DNA from: the human T2T-CHM13v2.0 reference genome, Homo sapiens
Assembly: GCF_009914755.1 (NCBI RefSeq)
Contig: NC_060929.1
DNA: 64,000 nucleotides
Direction: 5' to 3' (one strand)
The notes beneath the pieces were generated by a model. That model was not told the DNA's origin. It saw nothing but the letters and a program-made list of their open reading frames with translations, and made no database searches. The translations under genes and the position numbers were made by a program. Positions 11,603 through 26,035 of the stretch are shown piece after piece. Within the stretch, counting starts at the first letter, position 1. Each line of letters opens with the position of its first letter.

Positions 11603-13317
11603 GTTTTAATTGTAATAAATGGACTCTTTAGGGCCTGCTTCTACCCACTATTTGAAATACCTGGAGTCCCTCAAAGTTTCCCTTTATTATTTCTAAAAGT
11701 ATCTCATATGGATTGAAGCACAGAGCTCTCTCAGATACCACGCAATCACTGCCATTTTTTTCTCTCTTTTGGCTTCAGGCTTATAAAATCCCATGAAGGC
11801 CCCTTTCTTCAATATCTGGCACAAATCCTGATCATTGTGACTGAACACGCACTATGCACATGCCCCACTGGGCCAAATCCTCTCTGCTGTGCCAAACATG
11901 ATGCGGTGCCCAAAGCTGTGAACCTTGGGCGGCCTCCCGTATGCTTGATGCCATCAGGTGGCAGGCACTCTCTGTTGTCTGTTCTCTGCACATGTAGGGG
12001 AGAATGAATCCCAGGGAGTCAGCCCACATGGCACAGTACATTATATGGTTATGGAGCTCCCAGTGATTTCAGACCTTTTGATAAGAGAGCCCTTTCATGT
12101 GTTACCTCAGTTTTCCTAGCACTTGACCTAAGTCGTTTCAGGCTGAAGGATGAGCTGAGTGATAGGCATTATTCTATATTAAAAACAGCTCTTCACTTCC
12201 AGTATCTATCATGTTATTGGGCATAGCTATGTGCCAAATTTCTTTCTCCCCTGTAATAGTTATTTCCCAAGAGGTTTGCTTTCTCATAAAAATCTGTCTC
12301 TACGTGTCCTAAAGTGCATTCAATTTAGGTTCAACTGGGACTCCAACTACACTCCTCCTGCTAATATCCTTAAAAGGTCTCTAGTCCCAGAAATGGAAAA
12401 TCTTTTTTATTGGGATAAACAGAAACTTTTCCTAGGCTTGACTCTGAGGGATGCTGTTACCTACACAATAAATAGCCAAGAGCCACCTGTGTAGAGACTT
12501 TCCAGAAGCTCTAATCACAGAAGTAGTGTAATCAACGTTGATTTAACAACTCTTGTGAAAAGTTAATTTAGAATAGCTTTATCCTTTCCCTCACAGTATC
12601 ACTTAAGGAGGCAAAGAGACTAGTGATATAGTTCATAGGTTTTGAAGAAAAACAGGCTGAAATTAAAAGCCCAGTTTGTCCACATAGCAGCAAAATACAC
12701 TTGGTAAGTTACTAAGCCTAATTTTCCTCATCTGATATCATATGGTTATCATAAGAATTACCTAAGACTGTTCAAGTCTGTGTTTAAAAGTAAATGATAG
12801 GAACATTCACTATTATCATTATCATCCTAATAATTACTGATACTATCCCATAACAAGGCTTCTCTACATTCTGTAAAACTCCCTTTTGTAGCTTAGGGGC
12901 TAATAGTGGACTAAGGTCCAGCCTGTAGCTGATTTTCCAGGCCATACCATCAACAGTACCCTCTTTGTCCCCAGAGTCAAATTTTAATTTTGGATCTTCG
13001 GGGCACAAGCAAGTGGGAGATTGAATCTCAACTTACCTCCAGTCTTTATTATGGGAACTGGAATAGACAAAACTCTATTGTTAATATCAAATTTGAAATC
13101 AATTTGAAGCAATTTGAAAGGCAAGATCATGGAGTTTCTGACTACATTCCCTGCTCTGCACTTCCTTCTTGGTGGTTGTCTTCCTCCCCCTGCCTTTCCT
13201 CAGAATTCATCAATCAAAATCTCCCTGGAACTAGGCTTCTCAAAGTACAGTCCCTACAGTACTTGTCACTTCAAGAAGGAAAGCATAATAGTTGAAATTA
13301 TGATTCCCAGGCCCCAC

Positions 13318-13433
13318 CTCTTTCTCTCTCTCTCTCTCTCTATATATATACACACACACATAAAACACACGTGTGTGTGTATATATATAACACGCACATA
13401 AATATATATATTTTATATATATATATATACATA

Positions 13434-13465
<32 letters not shown>
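13318..13465. repeat. Compound microsatellite (CT)n(AT)n(CA)n...(TG)n(AT)n...(TG)n
   Basis: Directly visible dinucleotide tracts. Confidence 0.9.
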
Positions 13466-13467
<2 letters not shown>

Positions 13468-15463
13468 CTTTCTCAACACACTTCTAAGGTGACTGATGTG
13501 CAGGGAGCTTGGATCCAAACTTTGAGTAGCACCACCCTACTGCACAAAAAGTTTGGGAGCTATGGAATCAAACCATCATTAATTAAACCTCATGTTTAAA
13601 AGACCAGAAAAGCTAGGCTTGACATGGCTTACCAAGTAAAACTGGACTTTTAAATTACTAAAATTTTGCTTTTGCTGTGGTCGTGTGCCACAAGAAAAAA
13701 TGGTATTAATGAAACAGTAATGAAATGGTTGGTTGTTCCAACTCACAGTTCTATATGTTTATTACACACAATATTAGGGAAGAACTTAATGATCGGCCAC
13801 TAGTTTGGGTCACCTCAAAGATACTTCTAGGATAGTGCCTTGAAATGCTGGATAACTTGGTAGCTGTTCCAATGATTAGTGCTTCCCCATCTTGGGTTTT
13901 GCCCATCTTTTTTGCTATAAATGACTTTCTATTTCTCCTCCTCTATCAATTTGTATTAAGTATGGGAATCATACTTTCTTTCCTGTTATCCTAGCCACCA
14001 TTAAAATATTTTACTATAGCAACCATTTGCTTAGAGTGAACCTCATCTCACCTACTATTTCTATTACTTTCAATAAAAAAGCTTTTTTTCCACAATTACA
14101 AGCACAAATGTCCTACAGTCTGATATACCTTTAAAAATGGAATCCATATGGTCGTGGGGCTTTTTCCTTGGTTTAAAACACCTATGTACCCATCACCAAG
14201 CATTCCCCCACAATTGTAAGACATTCTTTGCCTTGATAGAGCAGATGTTATTCCCTATGGATCCTGTAGGCTTCAATCAACACACTTTTCTCTCTATTTT
14301 CCATCCCTACCTCCTTTTACATAATGCCTTGGTGGAAAGTTCCAGCTAGGGTCAAAACGTTCTTTGCCTAATGCTGGCAGGGACCCTCTGGTCTCCAGGG
14401 AAGACCGTCACTTTTCCCTTGGAAACTAAACAGTCTTTTCTACTAGCTGCAACAATATTTCTAACCCAGTTTTCTATTGCTATGCACAGGCTTGGGGATA
14501 TATAAATAATCTCTGGCAGTACACATTTTCTCTATGCTCATGCTATTATCTGTTTAATACAAGGCAGTTAGTTCTAATCTTTGGGTAGCAATTAGTCCAT
14601 GCTATAAATAGATGCCATACTAGAGTTACTAATTACCCAGAGAAACCCAAGGAATATAATTTCTGTTTCACAGAGCACACCAGCCTGAGGATTAAGAAAA
14701 ATCATAATGGCAGTATATTATTTCTCTAATTTGGCTCTGTTTCATGACTGTGGAATTTGCAGGCTTCCTTTTCCTTGGTGCCCATACACAGAAACTTCTG
14801 AGCTCTCACATTGCCTCTGCCAGTCCCTCCTTCCCTACTTTGGCTCTGACACACTGTGGTGGCCCAGATGGCTTCTGTCTGTGAAACCCCTTCCAGGCCC
14901 CTCTCCATAGGCAGGGAAGGTAGTGCCATTTCACACTTATGCCCTCTGCAGTCCAAGGTACTCCAAGGGAAGCCCCTCTTCCTCATGATAAAGTTACACC
15001 CTGGGAGCACAAAGCACAGCTGCTTTGTGGTCAGTATATCATCTCCCAGAAATTTTGGAATACTTGTCTTTTCTAGAAAACTTTATTTCATTTTTCCCAA
15101 AGCAGCTTTCTCCACATTCCTGTTTGTCCAGGCCAAGCAGTCCATTTAAGTAAAGCATCAAGCTGTGTTCACTCTTTTCTAACACTACGACTTGACTAAT
15201 GTAACAAATCTTTTTAGGAAGAGTTTATTCCCAGGATGCTTTTAAGTGCCCCATGCAAATGTATTCTCAGCATGTCCACTTTGTCAGTGTCATAGGAATA
15301 CACAGGTCCAACTTTTAGGGTGAACAGAGTTTTGCCTTATGCTCAGCTCTCCCCTTCCTCCACCTCTGCCTTTGCAGAGTAGTCAAAATCCAACATTTGG
15401 TTGAAGGTACAGTCTTGAGTAAGTTACTAATTTTTTATGAGACTTTAAGATGCTCAAGGCTGG

Positions 15464-16210
15464 TGTATTAGTTATCTATTGCTGCCTCACAAATTACCTC
15501 AAAATGTCATGACTGCAAACAACAAGCATTTGTTATCTCACAGGCTCTGTGAGTCAGGCACCTGTGAGCAGCTTAGCTAGCTGGGTCTGTCTCAGAGCCT
15601 CTCATGAGGCTGCAATCAAGGTGTTGGCCAGGGATGCAGTTATCTCCAAAGTCAATTCAGAGACTTTTTTAAAAAACATTTACAGTGTTATGCCAAATTA
15701 GATATTGATTACATATATCATAAAATTAATAAATTAAGCAAATTTTTCTACTTCATAATTCATGTCAAATTTAATAGTCTCTTCACTGATTCTTTGTACT
15801 GAGAAAGGGTATTTTCATTTTCCCCTTCATTCTTAAGACTAACAAAGGACATTCTGTAATCTTCGTTTCTTTGGTACCAAGAAGCTCTTATTTATTCCTT
15901 ATATTTCTCAGCAGCTTTAATTTGGATAAATGTTTTCAGGAATTTTTTTTTTCTAATTGCTTCCAACCTCATGCTCAGGTCATTGCTGACTCTAGACTGA
16001 AAACACCAGATTCTCCTCAAATGAGTCTCCCCATAAGAGTTGCTCACAACATGGTAACTGGCTTCCCTCAGAGTAAGGGCTCAAAAAAACAGAGGCAGAT
16101 AGAGAAAGAAAGAGAGACAGATACAGACAGATGGAGAGAGAGAGAGAGAGACAGAAACAGAGAGACACACAGAGAGAAAGAAAGAGAAGGAAGGAGATGC
16201 TCAGAATTCC
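15464..16210 (-). mobile_element. MaLR LTR (MLT1E/F-like), interrupted by the MRPS35 retrocopy, with a (GA)-rich tract
   Basis: Starts TGTATTAGTTATCTATTGCTG and includes CTCATGAGGCTGCAATCAAGGTGTTGGCC. It resumes at ~15955 with GCTTCCAA...GCTCACAACATGGTAACTGGCTTCCC. Confidence 0.65.
15665..15953 (-). pseudogene. MRPS35: MRPS35 processed-pseudogene fragment (last ~64 codons plus short 3'UTR)
   Basis: The minus strand translates ...QIKAAEK...ELLGTKE...[28 protein letters not shown], with the stop at 15760-15762. This matches the MRPS35 C-terminus as I recall it ([28 protein letters not shown]). It is frameshifted, with a short T-run at 15665-15670. Confidence 0.88.
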
Positions 16211-16648
16211 TATGCCTGGTTACACGGATTTTGTGTATGTGATTTTTTTCCATTGTAATTTGACAATATTTCAGGATAGAGTCATTTTATAGTGTTTATT
16301 AGGAAATTCTAATGAGTATTGGGCTCAAGGAGAACTCTTTAGAAATGGCATGTGACAACTATGTGAATATTAATTCATTGAATTCATTGCCATTACACTG
16401 AACACAAAATAATAAATATATCCAAAGTAATTGGCTGTTTAAAATCACATTTGCAAAACAGCCTGTGGTTAAACTGCTTGTTAACTTGGCAGTGGCAAAA
16501 TAGGACAATTTTATACTGAAGTGGTTTTTATAAAAGGTCTCTGCCAGAACTAAGGACTTTCCTGGAAATGATTTGTAAAAGGCTTTGCATAAAGACATAC
16601 TGCAAATAAGGCCACGAACTTCATATTTCTACACTCATTCTTTATTGT

Positions 16649-17519
<871 letters not shown>

Positions 17520-20510
17520 GTTATAAAAGAAATAGTGATGAGTCTGTCAGCATTTTTAGAAGTATTCCATGATCGGTTAAATGTCTTGAAGCTTTTTTAC
17601 CAAACAAGTAGCCAACCCAGTTCTCCAAATACAGAGAGAGGCATCATTTCCACATGATGAAAGAGCTAGACTAAGAGGACGTCCCTCCCCAAGAAGACCT
17701 CTCCCTCTTCCAGGTGGAGCTGGGGCTGGGAGCAGAGCCTGAGCATCACCTGGGATACAGATCCTCTACCAAGGGACACAGAAGGGGAGAAACCCTGGCA
17801 GCAACTGTTCCCTGGGATCCCCAGTGGGCAGAGCCCAGGGACTGCAAGCATTATCATCTCCATAGCAACCCATGGATTTTTTTTTTTTTTTTTGGAATAT
17901 TATACGGTGGCTCTATTCCTGCAGAAAATTGGGATTATTCACCCATTTCTACAAAGAGGTATAAATTAAGAAATATGAAACATATCCATGTCTCCCATGG
18001 CCCAAGTTATGCACTCCAATCCTTCCCTGAACTTTTCATTACATGCTGAATTGACCATGTAATGAAATTTCAAACAAGGTTCTTAGAGCTCATGTTAGAG
18101 AGAGTTACTTTTAAGACAAAAGTAATTATTTTACAAAATATATATACCTCTCCCACAAATATTCCATATAATTTCAGAATCAAAACTAATTAATGAGACA
18201 AAGCTTTAACATATTTCTAGCCACTGTGGCTTTGTTTTATGTAGAAGACATTTTACTATAGCATTTACAGAACCACTTGTGCATGGGAGATGAATAGTTG
18301 GCAGACCTCCTTCTTACAGAAAAAGAAGTCTTCAAGGGGACTTTGTAAAAATCTCAGAAATGAAAGTGTATGATAGCGCATTGGGGGAATGCCACTAACT
18401 GCTGGGGAGTGATGCTGGTAGGCAGAGGGCATTTTCAGTTCATAATTGGGTTTCAATGGCGTGGCTTGGGAGGCTTAACTGAGGAAAAGACTCAGGGATC
18501 AATAGGCAAAAAAAAAAAAAAAAAAAAAAGTCTAAACGCTAAAAGTAGTGATGTGTACACTGCCTCCAGCTGCCTACCCCTTCTTCTAGCTGACCCCAGA
18601 GAGAGGCTCACTGGCAGGGAGGGCTGCTGTGCCTATTCTGTGGCAGGGCAGGAACTCCAAGTGAACACTCCCAGCATGAACACTACTATGTAAACTAAAA
18701 AAGATTTCTGTAATTTAATGCTAACAAGAATCTGGCAGAGCCTTGTCCTAAATCCCATGGCACTCTATTCCTTAGTCTTCAAGGGTAAGGAGAAGCCCCT
18801 GGTGACTCCACAACCTCCCATGATCAACCATATTAAGCTCAAGTCTCTGCCAACAGCACCTACCTACAGAAGGACCTGTCCCTATATAAGTGCCCTCATG
18901 AGGCTGGACTCAGGGGGCCATAATGCCTGTCCACCAAGAGTTTTCCACATTTTCCCTGGTCCTCAATGTCTCCATACTGGACATCCATGATATCATCCTC
19001 ACCTGAAGGATCCACAAGCTAAACTTCTTTGAGCATTGCTGTCAACACTGCCTGCAACTCTGGAGGAATGCCATCACCAGTTCTTCTCTTCTTTGACCAA
19101 CCCACTGCAGGGCAGATGCGCTGCCTCCCAGAGGGTATGTTCACATACTCCCCCTGAATCTGGAGAGTAATCACATGATAGACCTAATAGTGATACAGAC
19201 TTTTTTGGGTTTTGGGGTTTTTTTTTTTTTTAACCAGATTCAAGGACCTCTGAAGACACATAGCTGTACCCTCTGCAGGCACAACTGGAAAGGGGTCTCA
19301 GGCCCTCTGTCGCTTCAGCTCTTCAAAACCTAGAGAGCTTCATCTATGCAAAATAGCCACAGCCCAATGAGATAACCAAGGGAGAGTCCCCATGTTCCCC
19401 ATGAGTCCCAGCACCTGAGCCTACTGAGCCCGGGGATACATAAAACACCTATATTGAATAAAACAGTTCAGACTTGCAAAACCATCAAAATAAAGAAGAC
19501 ACTCATGGATTTTTCCCACATAGTTTGAGTAGATTTTCATATACTTTTCATGCAACCTCTAGGTAACTTTAATTGAATGAAATACTATCTTACCTCCTGG
19601 TCCATGGCCACATCTAAAACTTAAATGACATTTTAACAGAGTGGATTGATTTCACCTCCCTCAAATCTCTTGTTCAGGCCACTCACTCACTCAAGCTGTA
19701 CTGAGACATATATATTCAGGACTATGAAAATCGAATTTCTGCCTTGCAGTGTTAGCGTAGAGATTTACATGCTTGTGGACAAGTTACTAACAGTTCTGAA
19801 TGCTAAAAACACCAAACAACCAAGGATGTCCAGTGGTTCTTGGATTTGCATTAAGTGACCACCTTAAGTGCTCAATTTATCATGTAGCTCACAGGTTCTT
19901 CTGAAAGGGAAGAGATTTATTATATATTTACTCAAAGACAAAATATTTGAGTAATTGGAAACCCTGTCTGCCTCACCCTGATTTTATTCTACTCTGATCC
20001 AATCCAGGACACACAAGATGAAACTGTTTGCCCCAACATCAGAGTGGAAGCCATCCTATCTCCTCACTGGTGGAGGTAAACATTGGGCCTGCATCTTCAA
20101 GATATTGGCCTCAGACCTGGACAACTGCCTTATGAGAAAGAAAGAGATTCTGGTCATTAGAGCTGCATTGAGACATGAAAGTCAGATGGTCTTTCATGGT
20201 GGCACAATCTTATCACTGCAGCCTTGAGTACTGAGGCAAGGGCAGACACACTGAGTCCCCTGCTGGGTAAGATGGGAATAATTTTTAAATACTTCTACTC
20301 TCAAATTATTTATGCATCAGAATGCATAAACCATCATGGAAAAGCAAAGTTTCACAAGAGACAAAACAGAGTGGAAGAGGTTGCCCTACAGTCCCCATTT
20401 TCTCAATATAATATCCATGGAATATTGTGGCTGCTTGCCATCCTGGCCAAGGACAGAGGTGAAAGCACAAGGGCTAATAAAACTTCTTGCTGTCACTGGT
20501 TGTTCCCAGG

Positions 20511-20873
20511 TGGTATGGTTTAGCTGTGTCCCCACCCAAATCTCATCTTGAATTGTAGCTCCCATGATTCCAACATGTTGTGGGAGGGACTTGATGGGAG
20601 GTAATTGAATCATGGGGTGGGGGTCTTTCCCATGCTGTTCCTGTGATAGTGAATAAGTCTCATGGGATCTAATGGTTTTATAAAGGGGAGTTTCCATGCA
20701 CAAGCTCTCTCTTGCCTGCTGCCATGTAAGACACATGCCTTTCACCTTCCACCATGACTGTGAGACCTCCCCAGTCATGTGGAACTGTAGTCCATTAAAC
20801 CTCTTTTTTTTTCTTTATAAATTACCCAGTCTCAGGTATGTGTTTATTAGCAGCGTGAGAACAGACTAATACA
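20511..20873 (+). mobile_element. THE1B-like solo LTR
   Basis: TGGTATGGTTTAGCTGTGTCCCCACCCAAATCTCATC...GACTAATACA, with a 5-bp TSD CCAGG/ACAGG. Confidence 0.92.
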
Positions 20874-21263
20874 ACAGGATTTGTGTGGAGGATTTGCCTC
20901 TCCTCCATGACTTGCTGCCATCTGGGTGGTGGTTGGCCATTCACCAACATGCTGCCCCTTATCCCACACCTTGCCTCCTTCTGATCTAGCCACCACTACA
21001 CTGTTCACCAAGGAAGTCTCCTTCTTCTGTGTGCCATCCAGACACCTGGGCTATTGCTATGACTCCCAGTTTAAAAACTACTATAAAGAGCATTGTTTGA
21101 ATTATTTAGCTTTTGTATTCTTCTGGTCTGCTAATGTTTAGATACAAATCTACAGCCAGATGCAGAAAGTTAACCCAAACACGTGGCAGAAAGAGCATCC
21201 ACTCAAACTAACCCCATGGTCAGAAAAAAAAAGTAAACTATGTGGCTAGAAAAGCAATTATTG

Positions 21264-21438
21264 CAGGACTGGCTACATCATTTATGGGTCCAGTGTAAAC
21301 TAACAATGCAGGGGCCCTGGTTCAAAAACTATAAGAATGTCAAGGTGGTGACAGCAGAGCATTAAACCGAACATGGGGTCCTTCTAAGCACGGGGCCCTG
21401 TGCAACTACACAGGCTGCACACACAGGAAGCAGCCCTG
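21264..21438 (-). mobile_element. MER45A-like hAT MITE
   Basis: Termini CAGGACTGGCT...AGCAGCCCTG; internal GACAGCAGAGCATTAAACC and GGGGCCC motifs. Confidence 0.7.
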
Positions 21439-22898
21439 ATTATGCGAAATCATTTCCCACTTCCCAAATTAGGAGTTTTCACCAAGAATCCACCAGAACA
21501 TGAGAGGCCTTTCTTCTCAAAAATCCACAAGAAGCCTTGGAACACTCCAACTGGAGAAGAGAGCCCATACATAATGGAACCAGCGTCTGTTATTCTGCTG
21601 AGCCTGACCCAATGTGGCTACACCTAGGCTGTTACATTTTTTAAAAGATCCTGATCTGGGAGGAAGTTCTAGACACCTCCCTTCTATTCTCACCTTGCTT
21701 GTGCTTGTTCTAGTCTTTGTAGTTTCTGCCTTCCTGGCTCCATAACTCAGCTTTGATATCTGATTCTGGTGCCTCAAGCTTGGTAATCATCCAGATGACC
21801 CCTTCTGACTTCTCAGACTCTAGTTTCAGCTCTGGCTGGTTTCAGCTTTCCTGGCTCCTCAGGTTTTGATATCCCACATCTCACATGAGACACCCTCTCT
21901 TTCTGTTTCCTCCCTAGTTCATTGTAATCTCACTGACCAGACTAGCCTTCTTTCCCCTATTACACAGGGAAGGCAAAAACTATAATCAGAAGGTGGCATA
22001 TGCAACCATGACCTAGTAGTTACTTTCTTTAAAAATAGTCACTTAAAAACCTTTACATGAATCAGGGAGTACATTGGTATTCTCTGAGCTCTCTTCTCCT
22101 TTCTATGGCCTTTTCCCTAAGTGTCACATACTTTCTATAAATTAATGACCCACATCTCTGACTTCACCCCAAATTTCAAACCCCTACATGAGTTCTTAAT
22201 GACTATTTTTTAAGAAAGTAACTATTAGGTCATGGTTACATATGCTACCTTCTGATTGTAGTTTCTTTCTTTACTTGCCTGTTAACCTCCTTCTTGAAAT
22301 GCTGTCTTTTAACTTTACCATCGTACTTTCCTCTTCTTCCTCATACCCCGTTGAAGCGCCTTCTCTTTTTTCTTTTCTAACTAGTCTTCCTCCTTCTACT
22401 TTGCTTCCTCCATCTCTAGTACCACAACTACCATGTTCTTACTTTACTTTGCTGTAAATGTTGACATGGCACAACGTCCATTCCTGAGCTCTCTTCTCTT
22501 TTGTATGACCTTTTCCCTAAGTGTCACCACATACTTTCTACAAATTAATGACCTCCATCTCTGGTTTCATCTCATATTTCAGGCTCGCATATTTTACTGC
22601 TTTTCTGTATTCATGTATTTTGCTTATCAAACTGGCACATATTGAGGTACTCCCTGATTCTAAAAAGACTGTTATTCCCTCAGTCTTTCCCATCTTGGTA
22701 AGAGTAAACGTCAAATGTATTAAGCTAAAAACCAAGCAGGCATCAGTTATTTTGCTCTCTTCTTCACTCATTTATTCCTATTAGTAAGGGCTACTGTAGA
22801 GTACTACTGAATATATCTTCTGTCAATAGCTTCTCTCCAAAGCCTCTGCTATCTCCCTTATCTGAACCATTATAAAAGAATAAACCTTATTCTTATAA

Positions 22899-23319
22899 GG
22901 TTATTAACTCCGAGGAGTCGAAGTTCTCCTGGCTTTAAGTCTGCTGTTGGAATCATGTAAGAATAGAAGCCTAAATCTTCAGAGTCTGTATGTTTATAGC
23001 TTCAATATCATTGGTGGCCAATTGCTTTGATCGTAAGAGAAGTGTTGTTAACCTCGTCTCTTATGTACAGAATACGTAGGGATGGGAGGGCAATTAAAAT
23101 TAAGATAATGGTGGGTAAAATAGTTCACACAGTCTCAATTTCTTGGGCATGTATGGCGCTAATATGAGTTAAGTTTGTTCTGAGTATTAGGGAAATAGTG
23201 TATAGGACTAGGGAACTAATTAGGAAAATAATTATAAGAGCGTGATCATGGAAAGTGAGTAGTTCTTCTATAATAGGGGATATAGCATCTTGAAGGCCTA
23301 ATTGAACTGGATGAGCCAT
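22899..23319 (-). pseudogene. MT-CO2: COX2 pseudogene (5' ~140 codons, NUMT)
   Basis: [28 protein letters not shown]...AQEIETV; the frame continues to ...[13 protein letters not shown] at the breakpoint. Confidence 0.95.
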
Positions 23320-23387
23320 TAAGACATATAGGGTTTAACCTATAAATTAACTTTGACAAAGTTATGTAATAATCTTACTAATATCTT
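23320..23387 (-). tRNA. MT-TD: Mitochondrial tRNA-Asp pseudogene (NUMT)
   Basis: AAGATATTAGTAA...ATAACTTTGTCAAAGTTAA...TATATGTCTTA directly upstream of the COX2 ATG; anticodon GTC. Confidence 0.9.
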
Positions 23388-23390
23388 ATC

Positions 23391-23459
23391 AAGAGAGTCA
23401 TAGAGGTTATGGGATTGGCTTGAAACCAGTTTCTGGGGGTTCGAGTCTTTCCTTTCTCA
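23391..23459 (+). tRNA. MT-TS1: Mitochondrial tRNA-Ser(UCN) pseudogene (NUMT)
   Basis: AAGAGAGTCATAGAGG...TTGGCTTGAAACCAG...GGGGGTTCGAGTCTTTCCTTTCTC; anticodon TGA; opposite strand to the COX genes, as in mtDNA. Confidence 0.9.
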
Positions 23460-23460
23460 T

Positions 23461-25011
<1,551 letters not shown>

Positions 25012-26035
25012 AGGTGGTGGGGGGGGGGTTATCATATAAAAGAATAAGGTTTATAGGTTTATAAAGAATAGGCTTATAAACCTATTCTTTATAAACCTAT
25101 TCTTTATTATAAAGAATCACTTGAATGATATCACTTGAATTATATCACAAGTGGTATCACTTGATTTCTGTGTAAAATAATTCTTAAAATGTCCAGGCAT
25201 GACCCTTTCTCCAGTGTGAAGGCACTCAAGTGATCATGGGCCCTTTTGAAGTTGAACTGGGAGAGTCAAAAATAGGTTTATAAACCTATTCTTATAAAAA
25301 AGTAAATCAATTCTTTCCAGAATTGCAGCAATAGCCTTCTAAATGGTCTCCCATCTTAAGTTTTTCCACTAAATCCACTCTTCAAATAGGACCAGAGTTA
25401 TCTATTTAAAAAACATAAATCAGAAAATGTAATTTCTCACTTAGAACTCTCCAGTGTCTTCTCATTGAATTTAAAATAAAATTCAAATGCTTTACAATTC
25501 TCACACTTTCCTCTCCCACTTCAAGTCCCACCACTCTCTCTTTAAGTCAATTTGTTTGACAACACTGCACTTCACTCTTTTCTCAATCACACCACAGAGA
25601 CTTTGAATTTGCTTTGTCCCATTATTGGAATATTTTTCCCAGATCTTCACATAGTTGAAACCTTCTCAATTATTACTGAACGTGGAGAAGTATTTGTGGC
25701 AATGCTATCAAATGTGGCCTGTCCTACCATCTGATTTCTCTATCTCATCCCCCCACCACTGCCGCCTTTTATTTGTTATTATTTTTTCTTGCTTATTTGC
25801 ATGTACATTTTTTGCTTTCTCTATTTCTTTTTCTTTTTTCTGTTCTTTCTCTTTTCCTTCTTTTTATGTGCACTTATTTATTGTTTCTTTGTTTATCAAG
25901 GCAGAAATCTTTCTTTGATTGTCTGTTTTGTCCACCAATGTGTCCCTAGAAGAGTTGGCACACAGTATGTATTCAATATATACCTGCTGAATAAATAAGT
26001 TCAAAAAATTATGAAGGATACTGTGATTCAACAAT

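Noticed and set aside
25031-25300. Palindromic repeats with spacers resembling a CRISPR array or a MITE
   Set aside because: The context is eukaryotic, unit and spacer lengths are irregular, and there are no cas genes or TIR/TSD pair; repair filler explains it better.
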